NCBI GenBank assembly: GCA_045596925.1
Contig: JAZODH010000041.1
Coordinates: 1,594 to 65,593, forward strand
Origin: Eubacteriales bacterium
GTDB lineage: Bacteria > Bacillota > Clostridia > Oscillospirales > CAG-272
Direction: 5' to 3'
Length of the DNA stretch: 64,000 bases
Shown here: in pieces, positions 45,569 through 54,507 of the stretch
How positions within the stretch are numbered: position 1 is the stretch's first letter
Layout: each line of letters starts with the position of its first letter
Notes under the pieces: model-generated
The model's database searches: none
Seen by the model: the letters and a program-made list of their open reading frames with translations, nothing else
What the model was told of the DNA's origin: nothing
Program-made: the position numbers and the translations under genes

Positions 45569-47701
45569 TTAAATTCGGAACATGATCTCGTCCACAATGT
45601 TCGTAAAGAAGCTTATGACCTTTGCAAGCAGAGTTGTGAACAGGATTGCAAGGAACATGATGAACGCCATACCTACGATAGTTCCCAGGCAGGTCAAAAT
45701 GTTCTTACCGATAGAATAATCGTGAATTACCATCATCGCAACAAAGATCAGAAGTCCGAGCCATATATAGGCAAGGGAGATCAGCAGATTGATGATCGCC
45801 ATCTCGGAGCTGGTTACTACGTTGGACGCAATAGTTGCGGGAATGATAAGCAGGGGTATGGGAGTCAGGCAGTATGACAAGGAGATAAAGATATCCTTGA
45901 AGCTACCCTCACCGTCAAACAGAGTTGTCAGACACCAGTTTCCTGCCGCCCAGAGGAAGAAGGGGGTAAGAACCGCGGCGATCTGAACGAAAATAGAGGA
46001 ATATTCACCCTCGGGGTTAAATACATAACCCTGACCGATTGCCTGGTAATAGAATGAGAGGATCGTTATGATTATGATAATGATACCGGCTCTTACCGAT
46101 CCTCGCTTCTCGTGCTTCAGATCCCAGAAGCCGTCGAAGGGGTGAAGGATTACGTGGAATGCGTAGAGAAGCTCCTGCTTGAGGGTCCTCTTCTCTGTGG
46201 AGATACTCGTTTCGTAGTTCACTCGGCTTACATACTTCATGAACTTGGACCAAAGAATGATCAGAACAATCAGAATACCGATCATAACGAACAGGTACTT
46301 GGAGATCCACTCCTTACGCATTTCTTTATAAGCGTTTGAGTAATTTTTTGTGTCGTATGCGGATTTATAGTACTCTATAGCCTCCTCATACTCACCTTGG
46401 CGGAACAGAGACTGACCGATTCCGACATAAGCGGTATCGAAGTTACTGTTTCTCTTGAGGATCTCGATCCAAGCATCAATAGCCTCGTCATACTGACGTT
46501 CATTCTGGTATTTCAAAGCCTGGATCAGCGCATCGCCGTACTCTGTTCTCTTAAAGGTTGTGATAGTGTTTGTAAGAGAGCTGAGTATCATCAGAACGTC
46601 GCCCTGGTAGCAGATAGACTGGATGTTCGACACGTTACCCAGCATCGTACCCTCGTTACCGAAGGCGAAGAGCAGGTTTCCGTCAAAGTCATAAGTAAAG
46701 GTCTTGGAACGCTTGTTATCTACGATAGTCCAGGTCTGCTCAGGACCGACTGCAACGTCGGTTACCTTTGAAGGACCCGTAATGGTATCGGTCGAGAGAT
46801 GGGAAATATCGACCTCACCGGAGGGCGGCCAGAAGCCGTTACGTCTCATGATCTCCTTACCGGACGCATTCAGCATCTTAACGGGAGCGTTATCACCGGA
46901 GGTGGACTTTGCATTGATAGCAGCCTGCTGCTTTTGCTCGGAAAGAGAAGCGGTGGTTACGTAGATAAAACCGTCATCGTTAATTGCGATGTTGTTAAAC
47001 TCGGTGGAGATGAAGGAGGCGGTCTGCGCTCTCTGATCGTCGGTCTGGAAACGTCTCCAAACGATCTGCCACATGTTCGCAACTACCTTCTGAGCTCCGA
47101 TAAAGGATGTGAACACACCCTTATCCGTCATAACGATAATACCCTGGTAAGTCGTGGAGGATACAACGTAGAGACGGTCATACTGGTCGACTGCAACTGC
47201 AACCGGCTTGTATGTAGAGCCCTCTGTAAAGAGGCTGGATTCGGGCTGAGGAATGATCGAGTCGAACTTACCCGTTGCCTTATCAAAGGTAACGATTCTG
47301 TTCGCATCGGTATCGCAGACGAAGATTCTGTCGTCCGTTACGAAAATTCCCTGAGGAGCGGTAAAGTTATCCGGAACGCCGTGGTTGTTCACGAAGTCCT
47401 TGATGATGAACTTTACCTTATAGAACTTATCAAGTACCACTACCTCGTTTGCCACCGAGTCAACAAGGTAAAGGTTATCTTCCTTGTCTGTCAGGATGTC
47501 CTTAATCGACGTGAGAGGGTGGTCAAGGCCCATGTACTTGTAGTCGATAGTCTGGATCGGCACGTAAGCGTCGGGGGAATAAAGTGCAAATCCGCTGATC
47601 GAATAAGTGTAGGTCTGATAAGGAACTGCCGCGCTTGCGCACACAGCGAAAATGGTAAGGAGCGCAAGCATAATGCAAAGTATTCTTGTTACAATTTTCA
47701 T
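45569..47701 (-). CDS. 710-aa fusion protein: signal peptide, NHL-like beta-propeller repeats, TPR segment, C-terminal Yip1-type polytopic membrane domain
   Basis: Repeats DNLYLVDSVANEVVVLD, DRIFVCDTDANRIVTFD, DRLYVVSSTTYQGIIVM. TPR-like YDEAIDAWIEILKRNSNFDTAYVGIGQSLFRQGEYEEAIEYYKSAY. About five C-terminal TM helices. Confidence 0.6.
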   Translation of the reverse strand: MKIVTRILCIMLALLTIFAVCASAAVPYQTYTYSISGFALYSPDAYVPIQTIDYKYMGLDHPLTSIKDILTDKEDNLYLVDSVANEVVVLDKFYKVKFIIKDFVNNHGVPDNFTAPQGIFVTDDRIFVCDTDANRIVTFDKATGKFDSIIPQPESSLFTEGSTYKPVAVAVDQYDRLYVVSSTTYQGIIVMTDKGVFTSFIGAQKVVANMWQIVWRRFQTDDQRAQTASFISTEFNNIAINDDGFIYVTTASLSEQKQQAAINAKSTSGDNAPVKMLNASGKEIMRRNGFWPPSGEVDISHLSTDTITGPSKVTDVAVGPEQTWTIVDNKRSKTFTYDFDGNLLFAFGNEGTMLGNVSNIQSICYQGDVLMILSSLTNTITTFKRTEYGDALIQALKYQNERQYDEAIDAWIEILKRNSNFDTAYVGIGQSLFRQGEYEEAIEYYKSAYDTKNYSNAYKEMRKEWISKYLFVMIGILIVLIILWSKFMKYVSRVNYETSISTEKRTLKQELLYAFHVILHPFDGFWDLKHEKRGSVRAGIIIIIITILSFYYQAIGQGYVFNPEGEYSSIFVQIAAVLTPFFLWAAGNWCLTTLFDGEGSFKDIFISLSYCLTPIPLLIIPATIASNVVTSSEMAIINLLISLAYIWLGLLIFVAMMVIHDYSIGKNILTCLGTIVGMAFIMFLAILFTTLLAKVISFFTNIVDEIMFRI

Positions 47702-47714
47702 TTGCTTTACCTCC

Positions 47715-48590
47715 TTAATCCTTCATACCACTGGAGCCCATGGTTTCAATGATATTAGACTGTGTAAGAACGAATACCATGATAGGAACGAGCATCATGA
47801 TAACCGTGGATGCAGCACTTGCACCGCTTCGACGGATACCGCCGGCAACGATCTGCTGAATAGCATAGTTGAAGGACTTGAGCTGCTCGGACTGAATATA
47901 AATAGAGGAACCTGCGTTCCACAGTCCCTGGAAGCAGTACACGATAAGGGTAAGCCAAGCGGGCTTAACCATAGGCATCGCGATGGTCCAGAAGGTCTTG
48001 AACTCGGTGGAGCCGTCAAGTCTTGCACTTTCAAGAACAGCATCTGTTACGTTTGTCTCCATAAACTGCTTCATAAGGTACAGACCCAGAGAAGTACAGC
48101 AAGCGGGGACTATAAGCGCCCAGTAGGTATCTACCCAGCCGAGAGCACTCATTACGATAAAGCTACAGATCGCTGTTACTGTTGCATGGAACATAAGGGA
48201 CGTTCTTACAGTCTCGAACATAAACTTAGCGCCGGGGAATTTGATCTTCGCCATAGCGTAAGCTGCAAGAGAGGAGAACAAAAGGTTTCCTGCAGTACCT
48301 GCAACGGATACGAATACTGTGTTAAATATGTATCTTGAGAAAGGAACCCAAGATGTGTTCATCAATGAGAACAGGTCCTTAAAGTTACGGAAGGTGGGGT
48401 TCATTACGTAGAATCTCGGGGGGAAGATAAACAGCTCGTCAAGAGGTTTGAGAGACTGCATTACAACGTACACCATGGGGAGGAACATGATCGCTCCCAG
48501 GAAGGTGAGAAGGAACGTAATACCTGCGTCACCGCCGGCGCTTCGGTTAAGGACAACTTTATGTTTTCTGGTTCTAAGCTTCTTTGCCAT
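47715..48590 (-). CDS. carbohydrate-type ABC transporter permease (MalG/TM2-like), pair 1
   Basis: EAA-loop region ESARLDGSTEFKTFWTIAMPMVKP. Polytopic. Confidence 0.85.
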   Translation of the reverse strand: MAKKLRTRKHKVVLNRSAGGDAGITFLLTFLGAIMFLPMVYVVMQSLKPLDELFIFPPRFYVMNPTFRNFKDLFSLMNTSWVPFSRYIFNTVFVSVAGTAGNLLFSSLAAYAMAKIKFPGAKFMFETVRTSLMFHATVTAICSFIVMSALGWVDTYWALIVPACCTSLGLYLMKQFMETNVTDAVLESARLDGSTEFKTFWTIAMPMVKPAWLTLIVYCFQGLWNAGSSIYIQSEQLKSFNYAIQQIVAGGIRRSGASAASTVIMMLVPIMVFVLTQSNIIETMGSSGMKD

Positions 48591-48591
48591 T

Positions 48592-49536
48592 TTATTGTCC
48601 CACCTTTGAAATAAGATTTTTTACAAGTACGTTTGCGCCGATCATGATAGCAAACAGCACAACGGCGATAGCCGAGGAATAACCCGTCTCAAATCGCTGG
48701 CCGCCGTAGTCGTCCAGATGGTGCATGATGGTGTGCGCCGCGTAGTCGACCGAGGGGAATCCGCACAGAGCCGTAACGACGGCACCGAAGCCAAAGGAGC
48801 TGGTGATGGACATGATAGCACCGAACATCAGCTGAGGCTTCATGGTAGGAAGGGTCACGTACCAAAGCTCCTGCCAACGGTTCTTGATACCATCAACCGC
48901 CGCCGCCTCGTAGAGGGAACGGTCGATACCCTGGAGACCCGCGATAAAGGACAGGAAGGAGGTACCAAGGGAGGTCCAGAGCGCGACCACGATACACAGG
49001 GGCATTACATAATCCGCGTCTTTAAAGAACTGGATCTCGGTATTGATAATTCCCAAGTTAAGAAGTGCACCGTTTACCCAACCGTATGCGTCACCGGAGA
49101 AGAGTGTACCCCAAATAAGGTAAACCTGACCGGAGATAGAGGGGGCATAGAAGATAAGTGTTACGATAGCACGGATTCTGGGGTCCAACTCGTTGATGAA
49201 CCATGCTACCATAAGAGACATAAGGTAAGACGCAGGTCCTACGATAGCCGCGAACACGAAGGTGTTCTGAGCTGCCAGCAGGAAGATGTCGTCGTCAAAG
49301 AAAAGTGTGATGTAGTTCTGCATGAAAACGAAGTTAGGCATTTCCAGCAGGTTAAAGTCTGTAAAGCTGATTACGATAGACAAAAGAACGGGGAGGACAG
49401 TAAACATGGTAAACAGGATCATGAAGGGGGCTACCATAACGTAGGCTACCCAGTTGCGCTTCATTTCCTTCCACGTCCACTGAAGCTTTGTCATTTCGCT
49501 TCTCGACACAGCTTTTTTAGTTGCTGTTTTTGACAT
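48592..49536 (-). CDS. carbohydrate-type ABC transporter permease (MalF/TM1-like), pair 1
   Basis: EAA-loop region EAAAVDGIKNRWQELWYVTLPTMKP. Polytopic. AAGGAGAG SD. Confidence 0.85.
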   Translation of the reverse strand: MSKTATKKAVSRSEMTKLQWTWKEMKRNWVAYVMVAPFMILFTMFTVLPVLLSIVISFTDFNLLEMPNFVFMQNYITLFFDDDIFLLAAQNTFVFAAIVGPASYLMSLMVAWFINELDPRIRAIVTLIFYAPSISGQVYLIWGTLFSGDAYGWVNGALLNLGIINTEIQFFKDADYVMPLCIVVALWTSLGTSFLSFIAGLQGIDRSLYEAAAVDGIKNRWQELWYVTLPTMKPQLMFGAIMSITSSFGFGAVVTALCGFPSVDYAAHTIMHHLDDYGGQRFETGYSSAIAVVLFAIMIGANVLVKNLISKVGQ

Positions 49537-49582
49537 GTTGCTCTCTCCTTTTAGTTATATCAACAAAAATCATTCCGTGAAA

Positions 49583-52500
49583 TTATTCGTAGGTGGCAAG
49601 TGCGGTAGCAGCGTCCTTTAAGTATTCTGCTATTGTACCGAAGGTCTTTGCGTCCGCCGCTTCAAGAGCAAGTGCAGCTGCGCTGATAGCCTCGATATTG
49701 TCACCCGACTCGATAGCGTCCATCGCCTGCTGTACCTGAGCCTCGTAGCCCTTTATTGCAGAGAGAGCGTCCTTTGCCTGGTCGAGTCTCTTTTCAGCCA
49801 AGGTCTGACCGATCTCAAGAGTTTCAAGTCCGAACTCCTCACGCTTACGTGTGATTTCTTTATTTATAGTATTAATGTAACTCAAAAGCTCGGTTACGGG
49901 GTTTGCTTTATTGTTATACGCATCAAGGAATGCAAAGTTGGTATAACGGTCGATGTAATAATAGCCGGGATAGTTAGGAATGGAGGCCAGGTTGTTAAAC
50001 TGGAGTTCAAGGTTTGCAAGCTCGTCGGTAGTCCAAGGCAAGCTGGAAAGCGCATCTCTGTTTGCGGTGGGATGCTTTGCGGAGTCACCCAGGAGCGCAA
50101 CCATTTCGTTGGAGTAGTCGATCTGGCACTGCTCACCTGCCTGCCATCTCATAAATTCCCAAGCCTTTTTGGGCTGTTCGCAGCCGGAGATCATAACGAT
50201 AGCGGTTACGGTGGAAATGGAGACGTTGTTGATCTCGCCGTTTTCATCCATCATGCCGGGCAGAGGTGAGAAGCCCCACAGACCCTTGATCTCGGTCGCA
50301 AATACTATCAGCTGGTTATAGGTTCCGCTGTACTCCGCGATACCGATAGGCATCTCACCCGTTCTGAAACGGTTGGAGAAGTCGTAGGAATAGGGGAAGG
50401 AGTACATGGTGAACATATTACACATCATCTCAAATGCCTCAAGTGCGGTGTTGGAATCAAGGTTGATTCTCATACCGTTATCGGCATACTGGGTACCACC
50501 CATCTGGTAGAGGAACATATTATAGCTGGGGGTAAGACCGATCTCCATCTTATTAGCCTGGAGAACGGGAACGGCCTCAAGGATATCGTCCCAGGTCTTG
50601 GGAATATCGATACCAAGGTCGACCAGGATGTCCTTACGGTAGAACATCATGGGGAAAGTCTGAGTTTCGGGCAGACCGTAGCAATGGTAAACTTCGTCAG
50701 CACCCGCGATTCCGAGAGGTGCCATTGCCGCATCGTTGTATGCCTGAATGGTCTCCTCGTAGCCCTCAAATCCCTCGATGGGAAGCAGAGCGCTTCGAAT
50801 AGCGTAGTTGATTACCTCGGCCTGTCCCAGACCGATATATACGTCGGGGCCCTTACCTGCAAGGATAGAAGGAAGAAGCGTTCCCGCCGCAACCAGCTTC
50901 AGATCTACCATGATGCCGGTCTCGGGAGTGAAGTTGTTGTTGACCAGGTTTCTGATAACCTGAGACTGGTCACGTCCGTAAGCCAGCCAGACCTCAATAG
51001 CCTCGTCATCCTCAGTGATCTCGTGCTGAGAGCCCATACGGTCGTAGTTACGAACGAAGGACATGAAGAACTTACGCATCTCGTAGCCGAACTCGGAGAA
51101 GAATCCTGCGTTAGCGCGGGGGAGCTTATCCTCCGAGGACTGAATCATGAAGTAGTCAACCATCAGAGGCTGGCACTTAGCGGTGGAGATCCAGGTAGCA
51201 AGGTTACCGATATAGCTCTTAAGCTCGCTCAGGTTCTTTGCGATAACGTCCTCGTCGCTTGACATCTCGTCAAGCAGCCAAGCTACACGGTCAAGAGTCG
51301 CGATATTGGAGCCCTTGATCCCTGCCTCCTCCTGGAGGTACTCAGCGATAGCGTAAAGCTCGTTTGACATAAGCTTCATATCTGTTATCGCATCGGGAAG
51401 AACTCGTGTGAATCCGTAGTCACGGTAGTTATCGGGGCTCGTACCCGTGAGCTTAATGATATTAAGGTATGCTGCGTTGATGGTGTTGAGAGCCTCCTGA
51501 ACGCGGCGAACCATGTCACCCATGGAGCCGAGAGACACCTCGAACATGACTGTGTACTCTACGCCCGCCTCAAAGTAGAACTCGAAGCTCTGCTCACCGT
51601 CGCCTATAGGCTCAACTACCCAGTCGTCGGAGTAATTGAAACGTGCTCTCGTAGCCTCCGCAAAGGGAATACCGTTGTACTGACCGCCATAGATGTAGAT
51701 CTGGCGGGAGCTGAACAGACCGTCGTTTACGTTCTGCTTATATCTGGCAACGATATTGTAAAGACCGGAGACCTCGGGAGTGAACTTGTAGCGCACCCAC
51801 TGACCGGAGGTCTGCCACTTATCTCCGCCGATAACGTTCAGAAGAGTTCTGGAGGAGTCGGAGGGAGAGTTGAGTGAGGAAGATACGTCCTCAAGAGGAT
51901 AGACCGTCTGAGAAGAGGACGCCTCGGGAATCTCGGCCTCGATCTTAATGGAATGGCCCTTCTCTGCCGCGGTATAACCGTTCTTATCGTAGCCTTCCTT
52001 TACGGAATCGTAAGAAACAAGATCCACGTGGGGGAACAGCTCGATGGACGCGATAGCGAGAGGCTCACTGACCGATTCAAGGGAGATCAGATTTTCTCCC
52101 GCTTCGAGAACGATCTCAAAGCTCTCGGGATAGAAGCCGTCCATATCACGGAGCTCGTATTCTCTCCATTCGGGAGCCTGGATCATAGAGGGACGAAGCT
52201 CGTTGTTATCGATATCGGTCTTGAAAGGTCTGCCTGCATCGTTGAGATCCTCATAAGCATTGTTCCACACCTTAGTAATGGAGAGGTATCTCGCCTCAGC
52301 GAAGGGAACCTTACCGTTTATACGGAATATTCTCTGAATGGATACCGACTTCGCCTCAACGGAGTAGCAGTTCAGTTTGATACTGTACTTGGCCGTCTCG
52401 GGAACGGTGACCTTCCAGGCAATAGTTCCTATGTTGGGGACGTAAACGGATGTCACGCCCTCATATTCGCGCTCTTCAACCTCAGCCGTAGTATTCTCGG

Positions 52501-52735
52501 GATCGTAATCGAGACCGTCAATGAGAATACTTTCGGTTGCTCTGGCAACGTCCTTGTAGCGCTTGACGTACTCGCCGTACGAGATGGCATTCAGCAGCTC
52601 TTTGACGTCACTGATGGTGGTGTCTGAGACCGAGCCGTCATCTGCGGCAAATGCAACGCCGGTACAAAGCGTACCCATAAGCATTACAAGCGCCAGGAAC
52701 AGGGCAAGAGTTCTCAGAGATCTTGTTCTTTTCAT
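49583..52735 (-). CDS. ~1050-aa secreted protein: two CBM-like beta-sandwich modules, a helical region, and a C-terminal family-1 solute-binding domain
   Basis: I prefer ATG 52735 (AGGAGGAAAAGCAC upstream), giving signal peptide MKRTRSLRTLALFLALVMLMGTLCTGVAFA. CBM6/35-like strings GTIAWKVTVPETAKYSIKLNCYS and GQWVRYKFTPEVSGLYNIVARYKQN. SBP-like IEVWLAYGRDQSQVIRNLVNNNFTPETGIMVDL...GKGPDVYIG. Confidence 0.65.
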   Translation of the reverse strand: MKRTRSLRTLALFLALVMLMGTLCTGVAFAADDGSVSDTTISDVKELLNAISYGEYVKRYKDVARATESILIDGLDYDPENTTAEVEEREYEGVTSVYVPNIGTIAWKVTVPETAKYSIKLNCYSVEAKSVSIQRIFRINGKVPFAEARYLSITKVWNNAYEDLNDAGRPFKTDIDNNELRPSMIQAPEWREYELRDMDGFYPESFEIVLEAGENLISLESVSEPLAIASIELFPHVDLVSYDSVKEGYDKNGYTAAEKGHSIKIEAEIPEASSSQTVYPLEDVSSSLNSPSDSSRTLLNVIGGDKWQTSGQWVRYKFTPEVSGLYNIVARYKQNVNDGLFSSRQIYIYGGQYNGIPFAEATRARFNYSDDWVVEPIGDGEQSFEFYFEAGVEYTVMFEVSLGSMGDMVRRVQEALNTINAAYLNIIKLTGTSPDNYRDYGFTRVLPDAITDMKLMSNELYAIAEYLQEEAGIKGSNIATLDRVAWLLDEMSSDEDVIAKNLSELKSYIGNLATWISTAKCQPLMVDYFMIQSSEDKLPRANAGFFSEFGYEMRKFFMSFVRNYDRMGSQHEITEDDEAIEVWLAYGRDQSQVIRNLVNNNFTPETGIMVDLKLVAAGTLLPSILAGKGPDVYIGLGQAEVINYAIRSALLPIEGFEGYEETIQAYNDAAMAPLGIAGADEVYHCYGLPETQTFPMMFYRKDILVDLGIDIPKTWDDILEAVPVLQANKMEIGLTPSYNMFLYQMGGTQYADNGMRINLDSNTALEAFEMMCNMFTMYSFPYSYDFSNRFRTGEMPIGIAEYSGTYNQLIVFATEIKGLWGFSPLPGMMDENGEINNVSISTVTAIVMISGCEQPKKAWEFMRWQAGEQCQIDYSNEMVALLGDSAKHPTANRDALSSLPWTTDELANLELQFNNLASIPNYPGYYYIDRYTNFAFLDAYNNKANPVTELLSYINTINKEITRKREEFGLETLEIGQTLAEKRLDQAKDALSAIKGYEAQVQQAMDAIESGDNIEAISAAALALEAADAKTFGTIAEYLKDAATALATYE

Positions 52736-52920
52736 GTGCTTTTCCTCCTGAAAATGTTTCAGAAACAAATTATCCGTGTCCATTCGCACCGGAGACCCGA
52801 TTGCGTCCGGCAGCGAAAGCGCACTGCACGGTTTTGTCCCTGCAAGATAAAAGGGGGATCCTGTCGGCACGGCCGATGCAAACGACGCGTCCGCTGAATC
52901 ACCCAAATATTTACACCACA

Positions 52921-52949
52921 ATGATACCACAGAAACCCTTTTTTGTCAA
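52921..52949 (-). promoter_or_regulatory. sigma-70 promoter of the 12-kb operon
   Basis: Minus strand TTGACA, 17-nt spacer, TGg-TATCAT. It would give a 5' leader of ~180 nt. Confidence 0.55.
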
Positions 52950-53446
52950 GGAATATATTTATATAATAATAGGCGAAATCCCTTACAGAATAAGGCTTTT
53001 CGGGGATGTTTTCTTGCATGTTTTCCCGCATTTTTTGTCAAGTGTAAACATCATTTTTTAAATAAATGTTTACAGGTAAATATAATTCACTAATATCGTG
53101 CTTTTGCACATACAATCCGCCTTTTTTTGTGCACTTTCTCCAAGCTCTTCCACTTCATCATAAAAGGCGTTTTGTTAAACAGTAATTGCCATTCACCCGC
53201 CACAAAAAAGCAAAATCGAGTCAAAAATTCGTCCGTCACCATATATTTGTGAAATTTACACAAATTTCTATTCAAATTTTCTACACATATTTTTCATCGA
53301 CAAGCTTTGTTTTTTTCTGTAAAAGATCCTGTATTTTTACAATTCTTGGTTTTTTTGACATATTATGTAATTTTTCTTGTTTTTCGACCCTTTATATCCA
53401 TTTTGACAAAAATTCCGAAAAAACATGGCTTTTTTATTTTTTATCG

Positions 53447-53475
53447 TTGACATTGCGCCCGTGTTATATTATAAT
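53447..53475 (+). promoter_or_regulatory. sigma-70 promoter for glcK
   Basis: TTGACA (53447-52), 17-nt spacer, TATAAT (53470-75). Confidence 0.6.
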
Positions 53476-53513
53476 GTAATCATCACAAATATAAGAAACG
53501 AGGTTTACGCACT

Positions 53514-54473
53514 ATGTATCGTATAGGTATCGACCTGGGCGGAACGAACATCGCCGCAGGTATCGTTGACAGCAATTTCAAGATCATTGCCAAGGCGTCC
53601 ACTCCCACTGTTGTAAACGAGGGCGCAGAACGCGTCGCTTGTGATATCGCCGAGCTTTGTAAAAATATCGCGGCGGAAAACAACATTTCCATGAGTGAGA
53701 TCGAGTCAATCGGTATCGCTTCTCCCGGAATCGCAAACAACGTAGACGGCGTGGTTGAATACGCAAACAACCTTCCCTTCCACAAGTTCCCTATCTGTAA
53801 ACTGGTTTCGGAAGCTACGGGCGTTGCTTCCGTTCACGTTGAGAACGATGCAAATGCGGCCGCTTGGGGTGAAGCCCTCGCAGGCGCGGCAAAGGGCACA
53901 ACAAGCTCCATCATGATCACCCTGGGAACAGGCGTCGGCGGCGGTATCATCATCAACGGCAAGGTATATTCCGGCTTCAACTTTGCGGGTGCCGAGCTTG
54001 GTCACATCGTAATCGAGCATGACGGACTTCCCTGCTCTTGCGGCAGAAAGGGCTGCTGGGAGGCATACAGCTCCGCAACGGGTCTTATTAACATGACAAA
54101 GAAAAAGATCGAGGAGTGCAATGCAGCAGGCGTTCCTACTCTTATGAACGACATTGCAGCCGAAAAGGGCAAGGTCAGCGGCGTTACGGCGTTCAAGGCA
54201 ATGCGCGCAGGAGACAAGGCGGGTGCTGAAGTGGTTGACTGTTACATCAAGTACTTAGCTTGCGGTCTTATCAACATCATCAACATCTTCCAGCCTCAGG
54301 TGGTTTCCCTTGGCGGCGGTGTTTCGGGCGAGGGTCAGGCTCTTATCGATATGCTCCTTCCCTTGATTCGTGCCGAGGTCTACGGTCAGGGCGTAGTTCC
54401 CGCCACAGAGATCAGAATCGCACAGCTTGGCAACGATGCGGGCATCGTCGGCGCGGCGACACTTGGAATGTAA
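53514..54473 (+). CDS. glcK: ROK-family glucokinase
   Basis: MYRIGIDLGGTNIAAGIVD, TLGTGVGGGIIING, and zinc motif GHIVIEHDGLPCSCGRKGCWE. Confidence 0.9.
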   Translation: MYRIGIDLGGTNIAAGIVDSNFKIIAKASTPTVVNEGAERVACDIAELCKNIAAENNISMSEIESIGIASPGIANNVDGVVEYANNLPFHKFPICKLVSEATGVASVHVENDANAAAWGEALAGAAKGTTSSIMITLGTGVGGGIIINGKVYSGFNFAGAELGHIVIEHDGLPCSCGRKGCWEAYSSATGLINMTKKKIEECNAAGVPTLMNDIAAEKGKVSGVTAFKAMRAGDKAGAEVVDCYIKYLACGLINIINIFQPQVVSLGGGVSGEGQALIDMLLPLIRAEVYGQGVVPATEIRIAQLGNDAGIVGAATLGM

Positions 54474-54507
54474 ATAAACGCTTTATTATCGAAAAAAGCA
54501 TAAACAA

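Noticed and set aside
52774-52850. c-di-GMP-I (GEMM-I)-like strings GGGACAAAACC and GGACGCAA in the leader of the 12-kb operon
   Set aside because: Only these two short strings resemble the consensus (GGCAAACC, GGACGCAAAGCC). The conserved 3' half (CCGG...GGTAGC...GGGTTACC) and the GNRA tetraloop/receptor arrangement are missing. The hand-folded junction differs from GEMM-I topology. I kept it only as an unclassified structured leader.
53090-53479. Short ORFs (61 aa minus strand, 97 aa plus strand) in the AT-rich glcK upstream spacer
   Set aside because: They are Phe/Lys/Ile-rich low-complexity products of AT-rich DNA. They overlap each other on opposite strands, have no SD, and overlap the glcK promoter.
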